A stretch of DNA of 62,888 bases, counting the filler, from Octopus bimaculoides (Eukaryota): NCBI RefSeq assembly GCF_001194135.2. It is 4 parts of 4 records of this genome, joined end to end, with 100 filler letters (N's around TTAATTAATTAA, not from the genome) between each part and the next. Parts side by side here need not be neighbours in the genome. Positions count along the whole stretch, not along the records: positions 1 to 16,005 come from NC_069002.1; 3 more parts are not named here. One strand, 5' to 3'. The stretch's first letter is position 1; the number at the start of each line of letters is the position of its first letter. Position numbers and translations under genes: made by a program. The notes beneath the pieces are model-generated. The model was not told the origin of the DNA, searched no databases, and worked only from the letters and a program-made list of their open reading frames with translations. Below are positions 1-11,910 of this stretch, in pieces.

Positions 1-46
<46 letters not shown>

Positions 47-78
47 AATTTAACATAGGCGGTTTTTTCTTGTCTTAG

Positions 79-126
79 GATTCATGGTCAAACGGCTGGG
101 TTGAATTACACAGATGTGTAGAATGA
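79..126 (+). CDS. Candidate terminal coding exon of an unidentified upstream gene
   Basis: Acceptor ttttttcttgtcttag ends at 78. The frame from 79 reads DSWSNGWVELHRCVE* (TGA 124-126); the frame from 80 reads IHGQTAGLNYTDV* (TAG 119-121). An AATAAA lies near 268-273. The frame and protein cannot be identified. Confidence 0.3.
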   Translation, partial: DSWSNGWVELHRCVE

Positions 127-763
127 TCCGGTGGACTTTGTATTTTTATTCAAAGCTCCCATGGTTACTGAGATAATCTACTATAATAATACTCTTGTGT
201 TTATGAATGAGAAAGGAAGGGGTGATGCCATACTTGGTAGTGGGATGATGAAAATTGTACACCGAAAAAATAAATCAAACAGCGTTTTAACTCTCTGAAT
301 ATATGTGTGTGTATGTAAAAGGGGGGTATGTGAATGTGTGTGTGCGCGCACAATTGAAGTGGGATGGTTCATCTTTGTTCGCTTAGTATTTGGGTTTATT
401 TTTTTGATTTTGGTTGAATCTTGGTTGTTTTTTTTTTTTTTTTTTTTTGATGGTCAGTTATTTTTAGCGTTTTGACAGAAAAAAAGTCATTCTAAAATTG
501 TTTTCTAATGTAAGCGTGCACAAACTATTCGCTTACACAGAGCAGGTTTTACAGCCACATCATCCAAACCGACCTCATGAAACCAGGCTTAGCTGCTAGT
601 ATTCATATATATATATATAATTATATATTCATGTAATCACGTTTAATTTTATATCTAAAGGTGACAGTTTTCTCATAAGTTTCACCTGTTAATTGACTGT
701 TCAGAGTAGATTGGTTTATAACTTTCAATATAATGAACTTATCTATTCATGCAACCCAACATG

Positions 764-957
764 TTAACCCTTTAGCATTGAGATTTCATTATTAAATGTA
801 ATGCTTATTTATTCGCGTTGTTGCGAGTTAATCATACGTTATGTTGTAGCTTTGAGATTTTGATGGTGTAGTTGTTCATTTTTAGAATCACATTTGGCCA
901 GTTTGAACATAAAACGGAATATTTGAGCTGGATCTATCCAGTTTGATATTAGCATAC
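764..957. mobile_element. Partial piggyBac-type (TTAA) MITE, same family as 3958-4174
   Basis: Starts TTAA-ccctttagc. The body is the reverse complement of much of 3958-4174. The right terminus is decayed. Confidence 0.6.
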
Positions 958-2092
958 ACACATGCTAATATCGTCTGGAGACGTACCCACAATCCCATGT
1001 GACATGCTTGAACAATTGGGATGATCTCTTCACATGAAACTATTGGTTTGTTTTGTTAGCCCACAAATGAAGTGTGTGTCTGCGTGTTTGTGTGTGTTTC
1101 TATTTGTATGTATGTATGTGAGAGATTTATGCCAAATGGAATGCATGAGTGGAGCCCAGTCTTCGCCACCCGTATTAAGGCCAGATAAATGAGGTGATGA
1201 GGACAGAAACTGCAAAAAGAAATTGTTAGAGAGTCAAAGAAACCTTTAAACCGTTTCTCTGATATTATTGTCAAATAACCTCAAAACCACGCTGTGAGAC
1301 ATACACAACACCAAAGATGGCCAGTTATTTCTTTTGGTGTGTGTTTAATATGGCATGGAGTGTGCTGGCTTGTTATGTTGGGATTTGAGCTTAGAATGCA
1401 AACAGTCAAAACAAATCCCACAAGATACATAATCCCAATACACCAATTCACCACCTTAGATTAGTAGTTGTGGTGGTGGCGGTGGTATGGGGGAATGCAC
1501 TGTAGCAGTGTGTCGCTGCATCCACCATTTGTTGGTGATTCTCTATTCCTGGTAGATGACATCTCTGCACCGCTCAGACAACAACCCTCCAACTCATGGG
1601 TTTGTTTGGGTTGTCGCTGTTGGTGAGGGTTTAGGGTTTTATGAGGTCAGAGTGCAAATCCTACCTCAACCTCTTTTACAACACACATAGGGCACGTTTG
1701 GGGTCTATACTTTGGCATGCCAACCCTCTTTAGATTGGTACTTTTTTATTGGCCACTAAAGAATGAAAGGCAGTGGGATTTGAACCCGGAGCACAAAGAG
1801 ACAGGACAAATACCACAGAGAATTCTATCTGATGCTGTAACAAGTCTGCTAAGTCACTGCTGTTGATCCTATGTTTATTAATTAAGGGCTCACCTGGCAA
1901 TAAATAGTAACAACAACAACAACATGCAGATTTTAATGGTGTGCAAGCATGGCTGTGTGGTTAAGATGTTTGTATTGCAACCGCATGGTTTCATAGCATC
2001 TTGGGATGTCTTCTATTATAGCCCTGGGCCATTTAATGCCTTGGAGGAGTATTTGGTTGGTGGAAACTGAAAAGAAGCTCATCATGTTCATT

Positions 2093-2456
2093 TTTATTCT
2101 TTTACTTTGTTTCAGTCATTTGCCTGTGGCCATGCTGGAGCACTGCATCTAGTTAAACAAATCGACTTCAGGACTTATTCTTTGTAAGCCCAGTACTTAT
2201 TCTATCGGTCTCTTTTGCTGAACTGCTAAGTTATGGGGATGTAAACACACCAACATCGGCTGTCATGCGATGGTGGTGGGACACACACACACATATATGA
2301 TGGGCTTCTTTCAGTTTTCGTCTGCTAAATTCATTCACGAGGCTTTGGTCAGCCTGAGGTTATAGTAAAAGACACTTTCCCAAGGTGCCAAGCAGTGGGA
2401 CTGAACCCAGAACCATGTGGTTGGGAAGCAAGCTTCTTACCACACGGCCACTCCTG
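2093..2456 (-). mobile_element. tRNA-derived SINE, family A (CORE-like centre, Octopus OR-like), full length
   Basis: Minus-strand head gtggccgtgtggtaagaagcttgcttcccaaccacatggttctgggttcagtccc has A/B-box character, followed by ccttgggaaagtg (CORE-like), an internal CA microsatellite and a ...tgactgaaacaaagtaaaag tail. Homologous to the other family A copies in the window. Confidence 0.85.
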
Positions 2457-3541
2457 TGTTTGTGTGTTTATGTGTGAGCATTTCTGTCTCCTTGTCTTGG
2501 TAACTCGAAATATTTGTGAACAAACATCTCCCTTAAAAACATGTCAGGCTTCGGAGAATCTATTACCTTGTTTGGAAATGGGTAAAGATTTGTGACAAGA
2601 AAAGCATTCAGCTGTCGAGAAGCTATCTCAATAAATCTTGATCAACCCATGCAAGCGTGGAAAAACAGACGCTAAGACAACGAAGGTGGTGGCAGCGGCG
2701 ACGCTGGCTCCTGTTCCTTCCCCTCTTTCTCCTCTCGTCACGAACAAACATAATAAAGCAAGTAATAAACTGCATTGTACACATAAGCATACTCCTGACA
2801 AATTATAATGGGATAAAATTGTATGGAATGCCACCGTGTGGTGGTAAGATTCGTCAAACAGTTAAGTATATGAATGGTGTAATTTCAAGTGAGGTTTATT
2901 GGCCTTGCGCCTGTGACCCACCACCAAACAATCTAGGTCATAGTAGCTTCGTGTTACTCTCAGTAAGTCATGCGATGGCTAGACTGCAATCTCACAAGGG
3001 AGCCCCTTCAGTATGTTATAAAATATTTAATACATATTCACTCTGAATGTGTATATCTGTGTGTGTGTTTGAGTGGGTATGTGTTTAAGTGTGTTGCAGA
3101 GTGGCCGTCTTTTGAAAGTCATGGAATAGTTCCTATCTTGTAAAGTTTCATTATGTCTCACTAGATGTAGCAATTAAATCTTATTTCCTTTTGTGTTATC
3201 TCGTTGGAGGTTAAATAATAGACATTCTTCAAAAGAGACATATGATAGACTAACGTCATAAAATGATTGTTATATGACTCTCTCGTTCGTTTAGTATGAC
3301 AAAAATTTCATAACCTTTTGTTGCTTCTGAAAAGAATTAAATTAACTTTTCAAGACAAGTTTATTGAACCTCACATCAAAATCTATCAACCACTTTCCAA
3401 ACATAAACCAAATACTTAACATAGAATATAGCACAACGATAACATAGTAAGGTTTGCCATTTTATGACCAGATATGAGAGGGGTAAAAAGCCTCCTTCAC
3501 ATTTAGGAGAAAACCTCCTCACAGATTAATTGTAACCTAGG

Positions 3542-4458
3542 TTAACCCCTTTTGATCATAAACCACCTAAGACAATCCCTGGTTGGGCTCCATTCTTTGG
3601 CATTCCAATCTTCACATAGCACAGCCTTAGAATGGTACTTTTTTATTGGCCCCCAAAGGATGAAAGGCAAAGTTGAACCCAGAGCACAAAGGGACAGAAC
3701 AAATACCTCAAAGAACTCTGTCTGATGCTCTAATGAATCTGCAAATTCATTGCCTTTGATCCTATGTTTATTCATTAAGGGCACACCTCCATCACATTTG
3801 AGTGAAGACCTCATAGATTAGTAGTAACTTACGTTAACCATTTTGATACCAACCCACAGGGACCACCCTGGGTTCTATGGTACTTCATGTTTTCAGGGGA
3901 CCTAAAAACTTTCAATCAAATTTCCATATTAATTTTATGTTCCAAACATCAGTTTAACCCTTTAGCAAACCGGCCATATCCAGTCTGAATATTTTACCTC
4001 CTTTTTGTTCAAAAGCAGCCAGATCCAGCCTCTTAAACCTATCCTACAATATCATTCCAAAAGTAAAGAGTCACGTCACAGAAATCTCACAGAAATGAGA
4101 TAAAGCATGATTAATTCAACATAATGTGAATAAATAAGCATTACACTTGACAGAATATTCTCGATACTAAAAGGTTAAAGATGACAGTTATTTTCCTAAA
4201 TTCTTCGTTAGTTTCAAAATTAATTCAAAATATGGTAACAAAAGGGCCAATCCTTTTGGTACCAACCCACTTGAAACTGCCCCTAGTTCAATGCTGCAAA
4301 CTTGCAAAGAAAAGAGTTAAAGTTATCTAAATTAAAATCTTCCATCAAAATTTCACATTAATTTATGTTTCAAATGTCAGCTTAATGATGACAAAGTTCT
4401 TTCACTAAAGTGTTCGTTATTTTCAAAGTTAATTGGATTAGAGTAACGAAAGAGTTAA
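3542..4458. mobile_element. Cluster of piggyBac-type TTAA MITEs, including one nested insertion
   Basis: Element 3958-4174 (ccctttagc...ctaaaagg) is flanked by TTAA at 3954-3957 and 4175-4178. It interrupts a second-family element (3838-4246). An uninterrupted copy of that family follows (4252-4454) and has a single TTAA at the equivalent site (4382-4385). Confidence 0.75.
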
Positions 4459-4644
4459 GTGTTACAAGTGCCATCTTCTACCATACAATATGCTGACTAG
4501 GTGACTATATATCAAAAGAACATGAAGGCCCATTGTGATCAAACCACACACGTTTCTGCAAGTTTGTTGAGAACCTTATCTGAATGAGTTGCTAAATCAT
4601 GTTGACTCTGGTTGATAAAACATTTCTGAATGCACAATTATTAT

Positions 4645-5109
4645 GAAGGTGGCATGATGGTAGAATCAGACAAAATGCTTAGCAACAAGTTTCTGGCTCT
4701 TTATGTTCTGTGTTCAAATACTGCTAAGGTCAATTTTGCCATTCATTGTTTTTCTGGGGTTGATAAAATAGGTACCAGTTGGGCACCAGAGCTGATGTAA
4801 TCAGTTTGCCCCCACCACTTCAAAATTCTTATCATGTTGCTATAGTAGAATTATTATTGTTGTTGTTGTTATTATTATTATTAGTAGTAGTAGTATTTAA
4901 GGCAATGAGCTGGTAGAATTGTCAGTACGCCGGGCAAAATGCTTAGTGGAATTTTGTCTCATTACATTCTGAGTTCAAATTCCGCCAAGGTCAATTTTAC
5001 CTTTCATCCTTTCAGGGTTGATAAATTAAGTACCAGTGAAACACTGGGGTCAATGAAATTGACTATCCCCTCCCCCAATTTTCAGGCCTTGTACCTATAG
5101 TAGAAAGGA

Positions 5110-5153
<44 letters not shown>

Positions 5154-5615
5154 TAAGGCAATGAGCAGGTTGAGTTGCCAGTACGCCAGGTAAAATGCTT
5201 CATGGTATTTTTTCTGTCATTACATTCCGAGTTCAAATTCCACCAAGGTCGACTTTATCCTTTCAGAGATGATGGACTAAGTACCAGTGAAACACTGGGG
5301 CCAACGTAATCNNNNNNNNNNNNNNNNNNNNNNNNNNNNNNNNNNNNNNNNNNNNNNNNNNNNNNNNNNNNNNNNNNNNNNNNNNNNNNNNNNNNNNNNN
5401 NNNNNNNNNNNNNNNNNNNNNNNNNNNNNNNNNNNNNNNNNNNNNNNNNNNNNNNNNNNNNNNNNNNNNNNNNNNNNGCTGAGGTCGACTTTGCCTTTCA
5501 TCTTTTTGGGGTCAATGAAATAAGTACCAGTTACATACTGGGGTAGATGCAATCAACTAGCCTGCCCTTCTCTAAAAAAAAATTCAGGCCTTGTGCCTAT
5601 AATAGAAAGGATTAT
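4645..5615 (+). mobile_element. Tandem array of four family B SINEs separated by (ATT)n tails
   Basis: Four diverged copies of gagctggcagaat...ttctgagttcaaattccgccgaggtcgactttgcctttcatcctttcggggtcgataaattaagtaccagt...ggccttgtgcctatagtagaaagg at about 4645, 4898, 5155 and 5478. The central segment resembles the Meta-type SINE domain, recalled from memory and needing a check. Confidence 0.85.
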
Positions 5616-5645
5616 TATTATTGTTGTTGTTGTCGTCGTCGTTGT

Positions 5646-6180
5646 TGAGTGAGGGAACAGTGCATCCCATCAATGTGATACTGGGTTAAAATATACGAAG
5701 CCCAGTATATCCATCATGACTACCCATCTGATAAGGGTACACCAGGCACATGCATCACACCCATACGTGCACAACATGGTGATCTCATATTAACATAAAC
5801 CGCGCATGACCGTGCAGGTGAGGCCCAGTTAGAATTTTCTTCAGGTCGAGTAGCCCATCCTGCTCAATAGGTCCTTGAATAAAGGTCATTTAAGGATGTT
5901 GAACAAAACACCCACATTTCCAGGGGTGAGTTATTCAAACCCCAAAGAATTCCTCTCAACACATGGCTATGATGCTCCCCACATTACTTTTGCTTGTGAT
6001 TAGAGATGCACATATCGTCAGCCCCTAAGGGACATGCTCAACTGGTTAAGGTCAAACAACTGACATGCAAATCTGTGATATTGAGCAGAATATTTGCTGT
6101 CGACCATCTTTTACACCAAGACAAAACAATGTACACGATAACACTTCGAATCAGTTAAGATATCAGAAGCCATGAGAGCC
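5646..6180 (-). mobile_element. Family D non-coding interspersed element (~550 bp), 5'-truncated copy
   Basis: Reverse-complement match over its whole length to 23176-23734. Confidence 0.85.
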
Positions 6181-6438
6181 AAGAATCATTAAAGCATCAG
6201 ACAAAATGCCTCATAGTAATTTGTCCTAATTATTTACATTTTGTGTGTTTAGCTTTATTTAGAAGATTTAGAGTTTTAACAAAGAAACTTCATTTAATCT
6301 AATTCATAGCATGTTTGTAGTGTAAAGATGATGACAAAAGAGCGTGACATATAGTGAGATGCCGTGCTAGATAAAACTCCTCCAACCCATGCAAGCATAG
6401 TAAAACAGATGTAAAAGGGTATGATGATTATTATAGGT

Positions 6439-6812
6439 GCAGGTGTCGCTGTGTAGTAAAGAAGTTTGCTTCCCAACCACATAGTTCCAGGTTCAGTTCT
6501 ACTTTGTGGTACCTTGGGCATGTGTCTTCTACTATAACCTCAGGCTGACCAAAGCCCTTGCGAGTGAACTTGGTAGGTGAAAATTGAAAGAAGCCTAACA
6601 CATGTGTGTGTTTGTTTGTTCCCCACTGCCACTCGACAGCCAGTATTAGTTTGTTTACATCCATCCCTGTAACTTACAGTTCGGCATAAGGGAGGGTTAG
6701 GATAAGTAACCAGGCTTTTAAAACATAAGTACTGTGGTCGATTCGTTTGACTAAACCTTTATAGGTTTAGTCCAGCATGGTCACAGTTCAATGACAGAAC
6801 CGAGTAAAAGAT
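6439..6812 (+). mobile_element. SINE family A, full length
   Basis: Same head, ccttgggcatgtg core and tail as 2093-2456. Confidence 0.85.
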
Positions 6813-7124
6813 GATTAAAATCAGACATTTGTTTTATGATCAAATCCAAGGTGAGTTTCAGGTAGGTTTTGATATCAAAACCACAGGGTATACACAGCGT
6901 CGGTGCTAAAAAGCGGTATGTGATACATGAGTGTTTGGCTGACATTTTGACATTTGTTGTTTAATCATTATTGGGGTTTGTGTATTGATAACATCTGGTG
7001 TAACTTAGTGACAATGTCTGCCCTGATTAAGTTACAAATCCCACCAAAGATTGAAGTCTCATGACATTTGAAACTTTCAAAGGGCTGAATTCAATCATGT
7101 CTTTTTTTATCTTTTATCTTTAAT

Positions 7125-7537
7125 CATTTACTTGTTGTAGTCATTAGACTGTAGTCATGGTAGGGCACTGCTGTGAAGAATATTTAGTCAAGCAACTTAA
7201 CCCCAGTAATTTGTTTAAACCTAGTACTTAGCCTGTCAGTCTGTTATGGCAAACTGCTAAGTTATGGAGATGTAAACACACCAACAATGGTTGTCAAGTG
7301 GTGATGGGGGATGGACACACACACACACACAAACACACACGGGACCTTGATGACTGCTATGAGGCAGGAAAGTATGCTAGTCCTCATATATTTAATACTC
7401 AGTATTTCATATATTCAATAAGACATTCAATATTTCATTTCATTTTACTATTTATATTATATTATATATTCCATATTCTATATCCCACATTAATTTTATA
7501 AGAATATAAATAAAACATAAGAGTTGGAACTCTTTTA

Positions 7538-7585
<48 letters not shown>

Positions 7586-7740
7586 GGCTTCTTTCAGTTT
7601 CTGTCTAACAAATCTACTCACACGGTTTTGGTTGGCCCAAGGCTATTGTAGAAGATGCTTGCTCAAGGTGCCATGTAGTGAGACTGAACTCAGAACTGTG
7701 TGGTTGTGAAGCAAGCTTCTTAACATGCAGCCGTGCTTGC
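7125..7740 (-). mobile_element. SINE family A with an expanded AT-rich/microsatellite middle
   Basis: Tail portion at 7125-7290 and head portion at 7580-7740 are both homologous to family A and are separated by CA, AT-rich and (TA)n sequence. Confidence 0.75.
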
Positions 7741-8145
7741 ACCAATATGGCATCTGCTAAGTGTCTGCAACAAGTGAAACAGTAGCAACAACAATGATGT
7801 GGGAAATTGGCAAAGTTGTTAAGAGGGTTGGATTGAATACCCCCTGTAATGTTTGTTCAGACCCTTTGTGCTCCAGGTTCAAATCCCACCAAGATCAACT
7901 TTGCCTTTCATCCTTTCAGGGGTCAGTAAAATAAAGTAGCAATCTAGTGGAGTGGATTGGGGGAACTGTAAGGACAAATGCCCCGTGATATCTCTTCCAG
8001 CGCTTTGTGTTCTCACAGCGATGTCTGCAATGGTATTTGTGCCAGGTTTTTTTGGGGGGGGGTTCAAGTGAGCAGCCATTCCCTTGTATAAACAACAGTT
8101 CCATGGAGAAGGGAAACCCGTATTGTATAGACAACTGCCAGTTTT

Positions 8146-8577
8146 TTTTTTTAAGCATTCGCTCGTTACAAGGTCGTTAAACCACTGAAAATGTAAGAGC
8201 TACTAAGAATAAAATGGATACTAGACAGAAGTCAAAAGGGGACGATGTACATTAGACTTAAAAGACTGGATGTCATATCGAAGGGGGAAACAAGACTGTG
8301 GAAGAGAATTCCAAAGTTCAGAGGTGCGAGGGAAGAAACCGGTACTGTAAAGTGCTTTATGACACTTACGAGGTTGCACAGTATACTGATGAGAACTGGA
8401 TGCAAGTCTAGTTGATCGCTGATAAGTTTTTAAAGGAGGAACCAGAGGAGAGAGCTCAGCTGGACAATGTCCATGGAAATAGTTATAGAAAAGAGACAAA
8501 AAAGCCACACGATGACGATGAGAGAGCGAATCCAATTTAGAAGATAGATCAGGACCAATAAGCATTACATATACAGT
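8146..8577 (-). mobile_element. 5'-truncated CR1/Jockey-like LINE 3' end with poly(A) tail and TSD
   Basis: ORF 8221-8565 (...LSLFYNYFHGHCPAEL...FFPRTSELWNSLPQSCFP...SFKSNV) is typical of the C-terminus of APE-type LINE ORF2. A T-run at 8142-8152 is the poly(A) tail on the minus strand. The direct repeat ctgccagtttt occurs at 8135-8145 and 8578-8588. Confidence 0.9.
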
Positions 8578-11389
8578 CTGCCAGTTTTCCTCAAGAAATT
8601 TGGCCCAGGCCCCTCCATATCCTTGTGTAGAGAATCGATAATTGTCAGTTTTGTAACTTGCAAATTTTTATTAATTTGGTTTCAAATAATTCCAATCTGT
8701 CTACCATTTGAACTTATCTCAACAAATGATGAAACCCAGAACTGAGTCTTTTCCTGCATGGCTGTGTGGTTACGCACTTCATTTCTCAACCACTTGGTTT
8801 CATGGTCAATCCCACAATGTGTGACTTCATTTCCTTCCCTTAAAAACTTGATTGAGGGCATTGTTCCCCACCACTGGTACCAGGGTGTGAGCACTATTTC
8901 AGGGTACCACCTGTATCTCCCATTTTACACCCTGGCAAATTGTGCATTTGGGTCCCCTTTTCCCACAAATCCTACACAGCTGGTTCTCCTTTGTGACACA
9001 TATGTGCAGGTTTGTTGGTGTTTGGAGTGTGTCATACACCATGACCTTCTTAACTTCTTTCTTACAGTGTCTCTTTTTTGGGGCTCTCTTTTTTTCTGTG
9101 GTGGGGAGGTCTTTTTTCCCATCTTTATTGAATTCTTATTAACAATGGGAAGAGCCAAAATCCTGGTGACCTGTGCATGTCATTCCAATGATGTCACATA
9201 ACTTCATCTTGTACATCTGTAGCTACCTACTTGTGTCCTGATTTTCTAAGAACAACTGCATGTCCAACACACCCTGAAAGTCCTTGTACATCATTACAAC
9301 TCTACACGTGTGTGTGTGTGTGTCTGTCTGTTTGCATGTCTCCATAGTAACTCCTTCAGTAGTAATGATGTTTGTATCCTTAAAATACTCCACTCAGCAA
9401 TTCAATGTATATAGACTATTGAAATAAAGTGCCATACTCAAAAAAAAAACAAACAAAAATTTGGTGCCAGGGTTGGCATCCAACTGTAGAATACTATTCC
9501 CTAGAAAATTTGTCCAACTCCTGCCAGCATAAAACAGTTAGATGTAAAAACAAGGCATCCAGTTCATTGATATGAAATACATATTTATTCATAGACATGT
9601 TTGTAATTAAAACCATCCGACATAATTTTGTGTGGAAGACACTTCCGTTATGTTTCCAAGATCAGATTAGTTACAAGAATAGTTATTTTGCCAAATCCTT
9701 TTCACTGAAACCATAAGTTGTGTATTTCCATAGAAATACGGCCAGAGAAGTGTTAAAAGATTTATGAATAGAATCTGACAAAACTTCCACAACTTCTGTT
9801 GTTATGTTAAAAAGTAGGATGCTTTACTTAAAATTTCATATCTGAACACTTCCTTCCTGTCTTGCTTGGAATCTGTTCCTGCTTAGTTCCTTGTTTTCCT
9901 TTCCGTTACTTCAACCCAGGAAGCATTCATTCTTGTAACCAAAATTGTTGCAATTTCTAACTAAAGAGTTGACGGTTGCCAGATTTAGATAAATGGATTG
10001 TTCTTAAATTGCTTTCCATGGTAAACCAACTGGTTCATGGGTAGCAAGCAACGAACCACCTGAAACACAGTCTTCCGTGGCTCTCTGATGTGTGAGGAGA
10101 CTTTCAAATGTCTGATTTATTTCACGAGGCATTTGTAGTTAATTCTGTGTAGAGCAGAGAGTTGACAATCTTCTATCATTGACTCCATCGTGGAATCATG
10201 GATAACATATCAACCGCCATCATGCAAACCTTTTTAATATATACATTTTTTTCAATTTGCATGCAAAAAATATTGTATTTTTTAATTATTTATTTTGAAT
10301 CTGTATATAAAGAAGACAAAGTACACAAATTATTTTGGATCAGTTACGATTTATTTGAAGTTATTGATCAAAATGATAGTTACTGTTCATTAATGATAGA
10401 AAACAGGAATAACATCATGAACGAAGTATTTTGGGTTAGAAATAAGAGACAAGTACCTCAGAGTACAGTGAATGTATATTTTCTTTCAAATATATATTTA
10501 CTAGAGACATCTCTAAATGGAAATACACAGGATAATATGTTAAGAGGTTAACATCCGTATCATTAATAAAGATAGATTTCTTGATTTAACAAAAGCAATT
10601 CCTTTGTTCTTTTGTATCTTTACCACTTCTTAATAAGAAACGTTTAAAGAAACTTAATGAAAATATTGTTCACAGTTGATAAAGAACAATAAAAATTCAG
10701 TCATTTTGATATAGATAGAATATTGATATAGTTAGAATATGAAACATCTGTTTGGTGGATATTTGTTATTGCATCAATATTTGGGTGAAAATTAGTGCAA
10801 ATTAGATTAAATTCAAAATTGTCCGACACCAGAAACTGAAAAAAGGACAATGAATATTAGTTGGCCTTAGGAAGGGCAATCAGCTATAGAAACTATGCCA
10901 AAACAGACGTGGAGCCCAGACAGCTCTCCAGCTGGCCGACGCCCGTGAAAACTGTCCAACCTATGTCAGTATGGAAAATGGATGTTAAATGATGATGATG
11001 ATGATGACAATGATGTTGTTGAGTGACTCTGTTATAGTGCCTTCATGCAAAGTGTGTGCTTGACCTTAATTCATTAATTGGCCTCATGGGGTTACATGTT
11101 TACTTGGTGTAAACCAATGAAGAGTCACTTGGTTTGGGGTTCAGTTCCAATGTGTGGTGCCATGAGCTAGCGTCTTCTGTTATTCCTGCCTGACCAAATC
11201 TTTAGGAATGAACTTGGGAGACAGAAACTGAAAGAAGCCTGTCGTGTGTGTGTGTGTGTGTCAGGGTGAGCATGCGTGCGTATATGTTTACGTTTGTGCT
11301 TCTCTGAAAATCCTTGAGCTACATTCAGTGATGTATGCACACAAACACACACACACACCCATCTGTGTGTGTGTATGTTTTGTGTGTGT

Positions 11390-11710
11390 GACGATGTGTG
11401 GCTTTGTGGTTAGGGTATTCAGCTTATGAACGCAAGGTCATGAGTTCAATTCCCAGCAATGTATTGTGTCCTTGAGCAAGACATTTTATTCCACATTGCT
11501 CCAGTCTACTCAGCTGGCAAAAATGGGTCGTACCTGTAATTCACAAGGGCCAGCTTTGTCACATTCTATGTCATGCTAAACCTCCCTGAGGACTAGTTTA
11601 AGAGTATGTGTGTCTGTGGAGCGCTCAGCCACATGTACGTTAATTTCATGAGCGGGGTGTTCCATTGATTGGATCAACTGGAACCCTCATTGTCATAACC
11701 GACAGAGTGC
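11390..11710 (+). mobile_element. tRNA-derived SINE sharing the family C 3' tail but with a different central domain
   Basis: Head ...gtggttagggt...gagttcaattccc, centre tgtgtccttgagcaagacatttta, and tail gtctgtggagcgctcagccac...ggatcaactggaaccctc homologous to 19157-19330. Confidence 0.75.
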
Positions 11711-11724
11711 TAGTCATATTCTAT

Positions 11725-11910
11725 ATATTGTCATCGTCATCGTTTAACCCCCATGTTCCATGTTGGTATGGACTGGATAGTTTGACAAGATCCAGTGGGT
11801 TCAAGAATTGTATTGTGCTCCAACTTCTGCTTTGGTATAGTTCCCATATTTGGAAGCTCTTTCTAATGCCAAAATGTCCACAAATCATCTGCTGGCTTTG
11901 TGCCTTCAAA
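11725..11910 (-). mobile_element. Short retroposon tail family (RTE-like 3' end with (GAT)n tail)
   Basis: Reverse complement of ...aacccatgccagcatggaa...gttaaacgatgatgat. Related pieces lie at about 2560-2690, 6350-6425, 9465-9550, 10865-11010 and 12165-12200. Confidence 0.6.

Noticed and set aside
540-600. Possible SECIS-like ATGA...AA motif
   Set aside because: The spacing and stem pairing do not fit a SECIS.
1030-1215. Minus-strand ORF after a strong acceptor (ttctttttgcag)
   Set aside because: No donor, it runs into a CA microsatellite, and no homology was recognised. It is left unannotated but not excluded.
2657-3046. 129-aa + strand ORF
   Set aside because: It starts in a retroposon tail and low-complexity sequence, has no recognisable motif and has no convincing acceptor.
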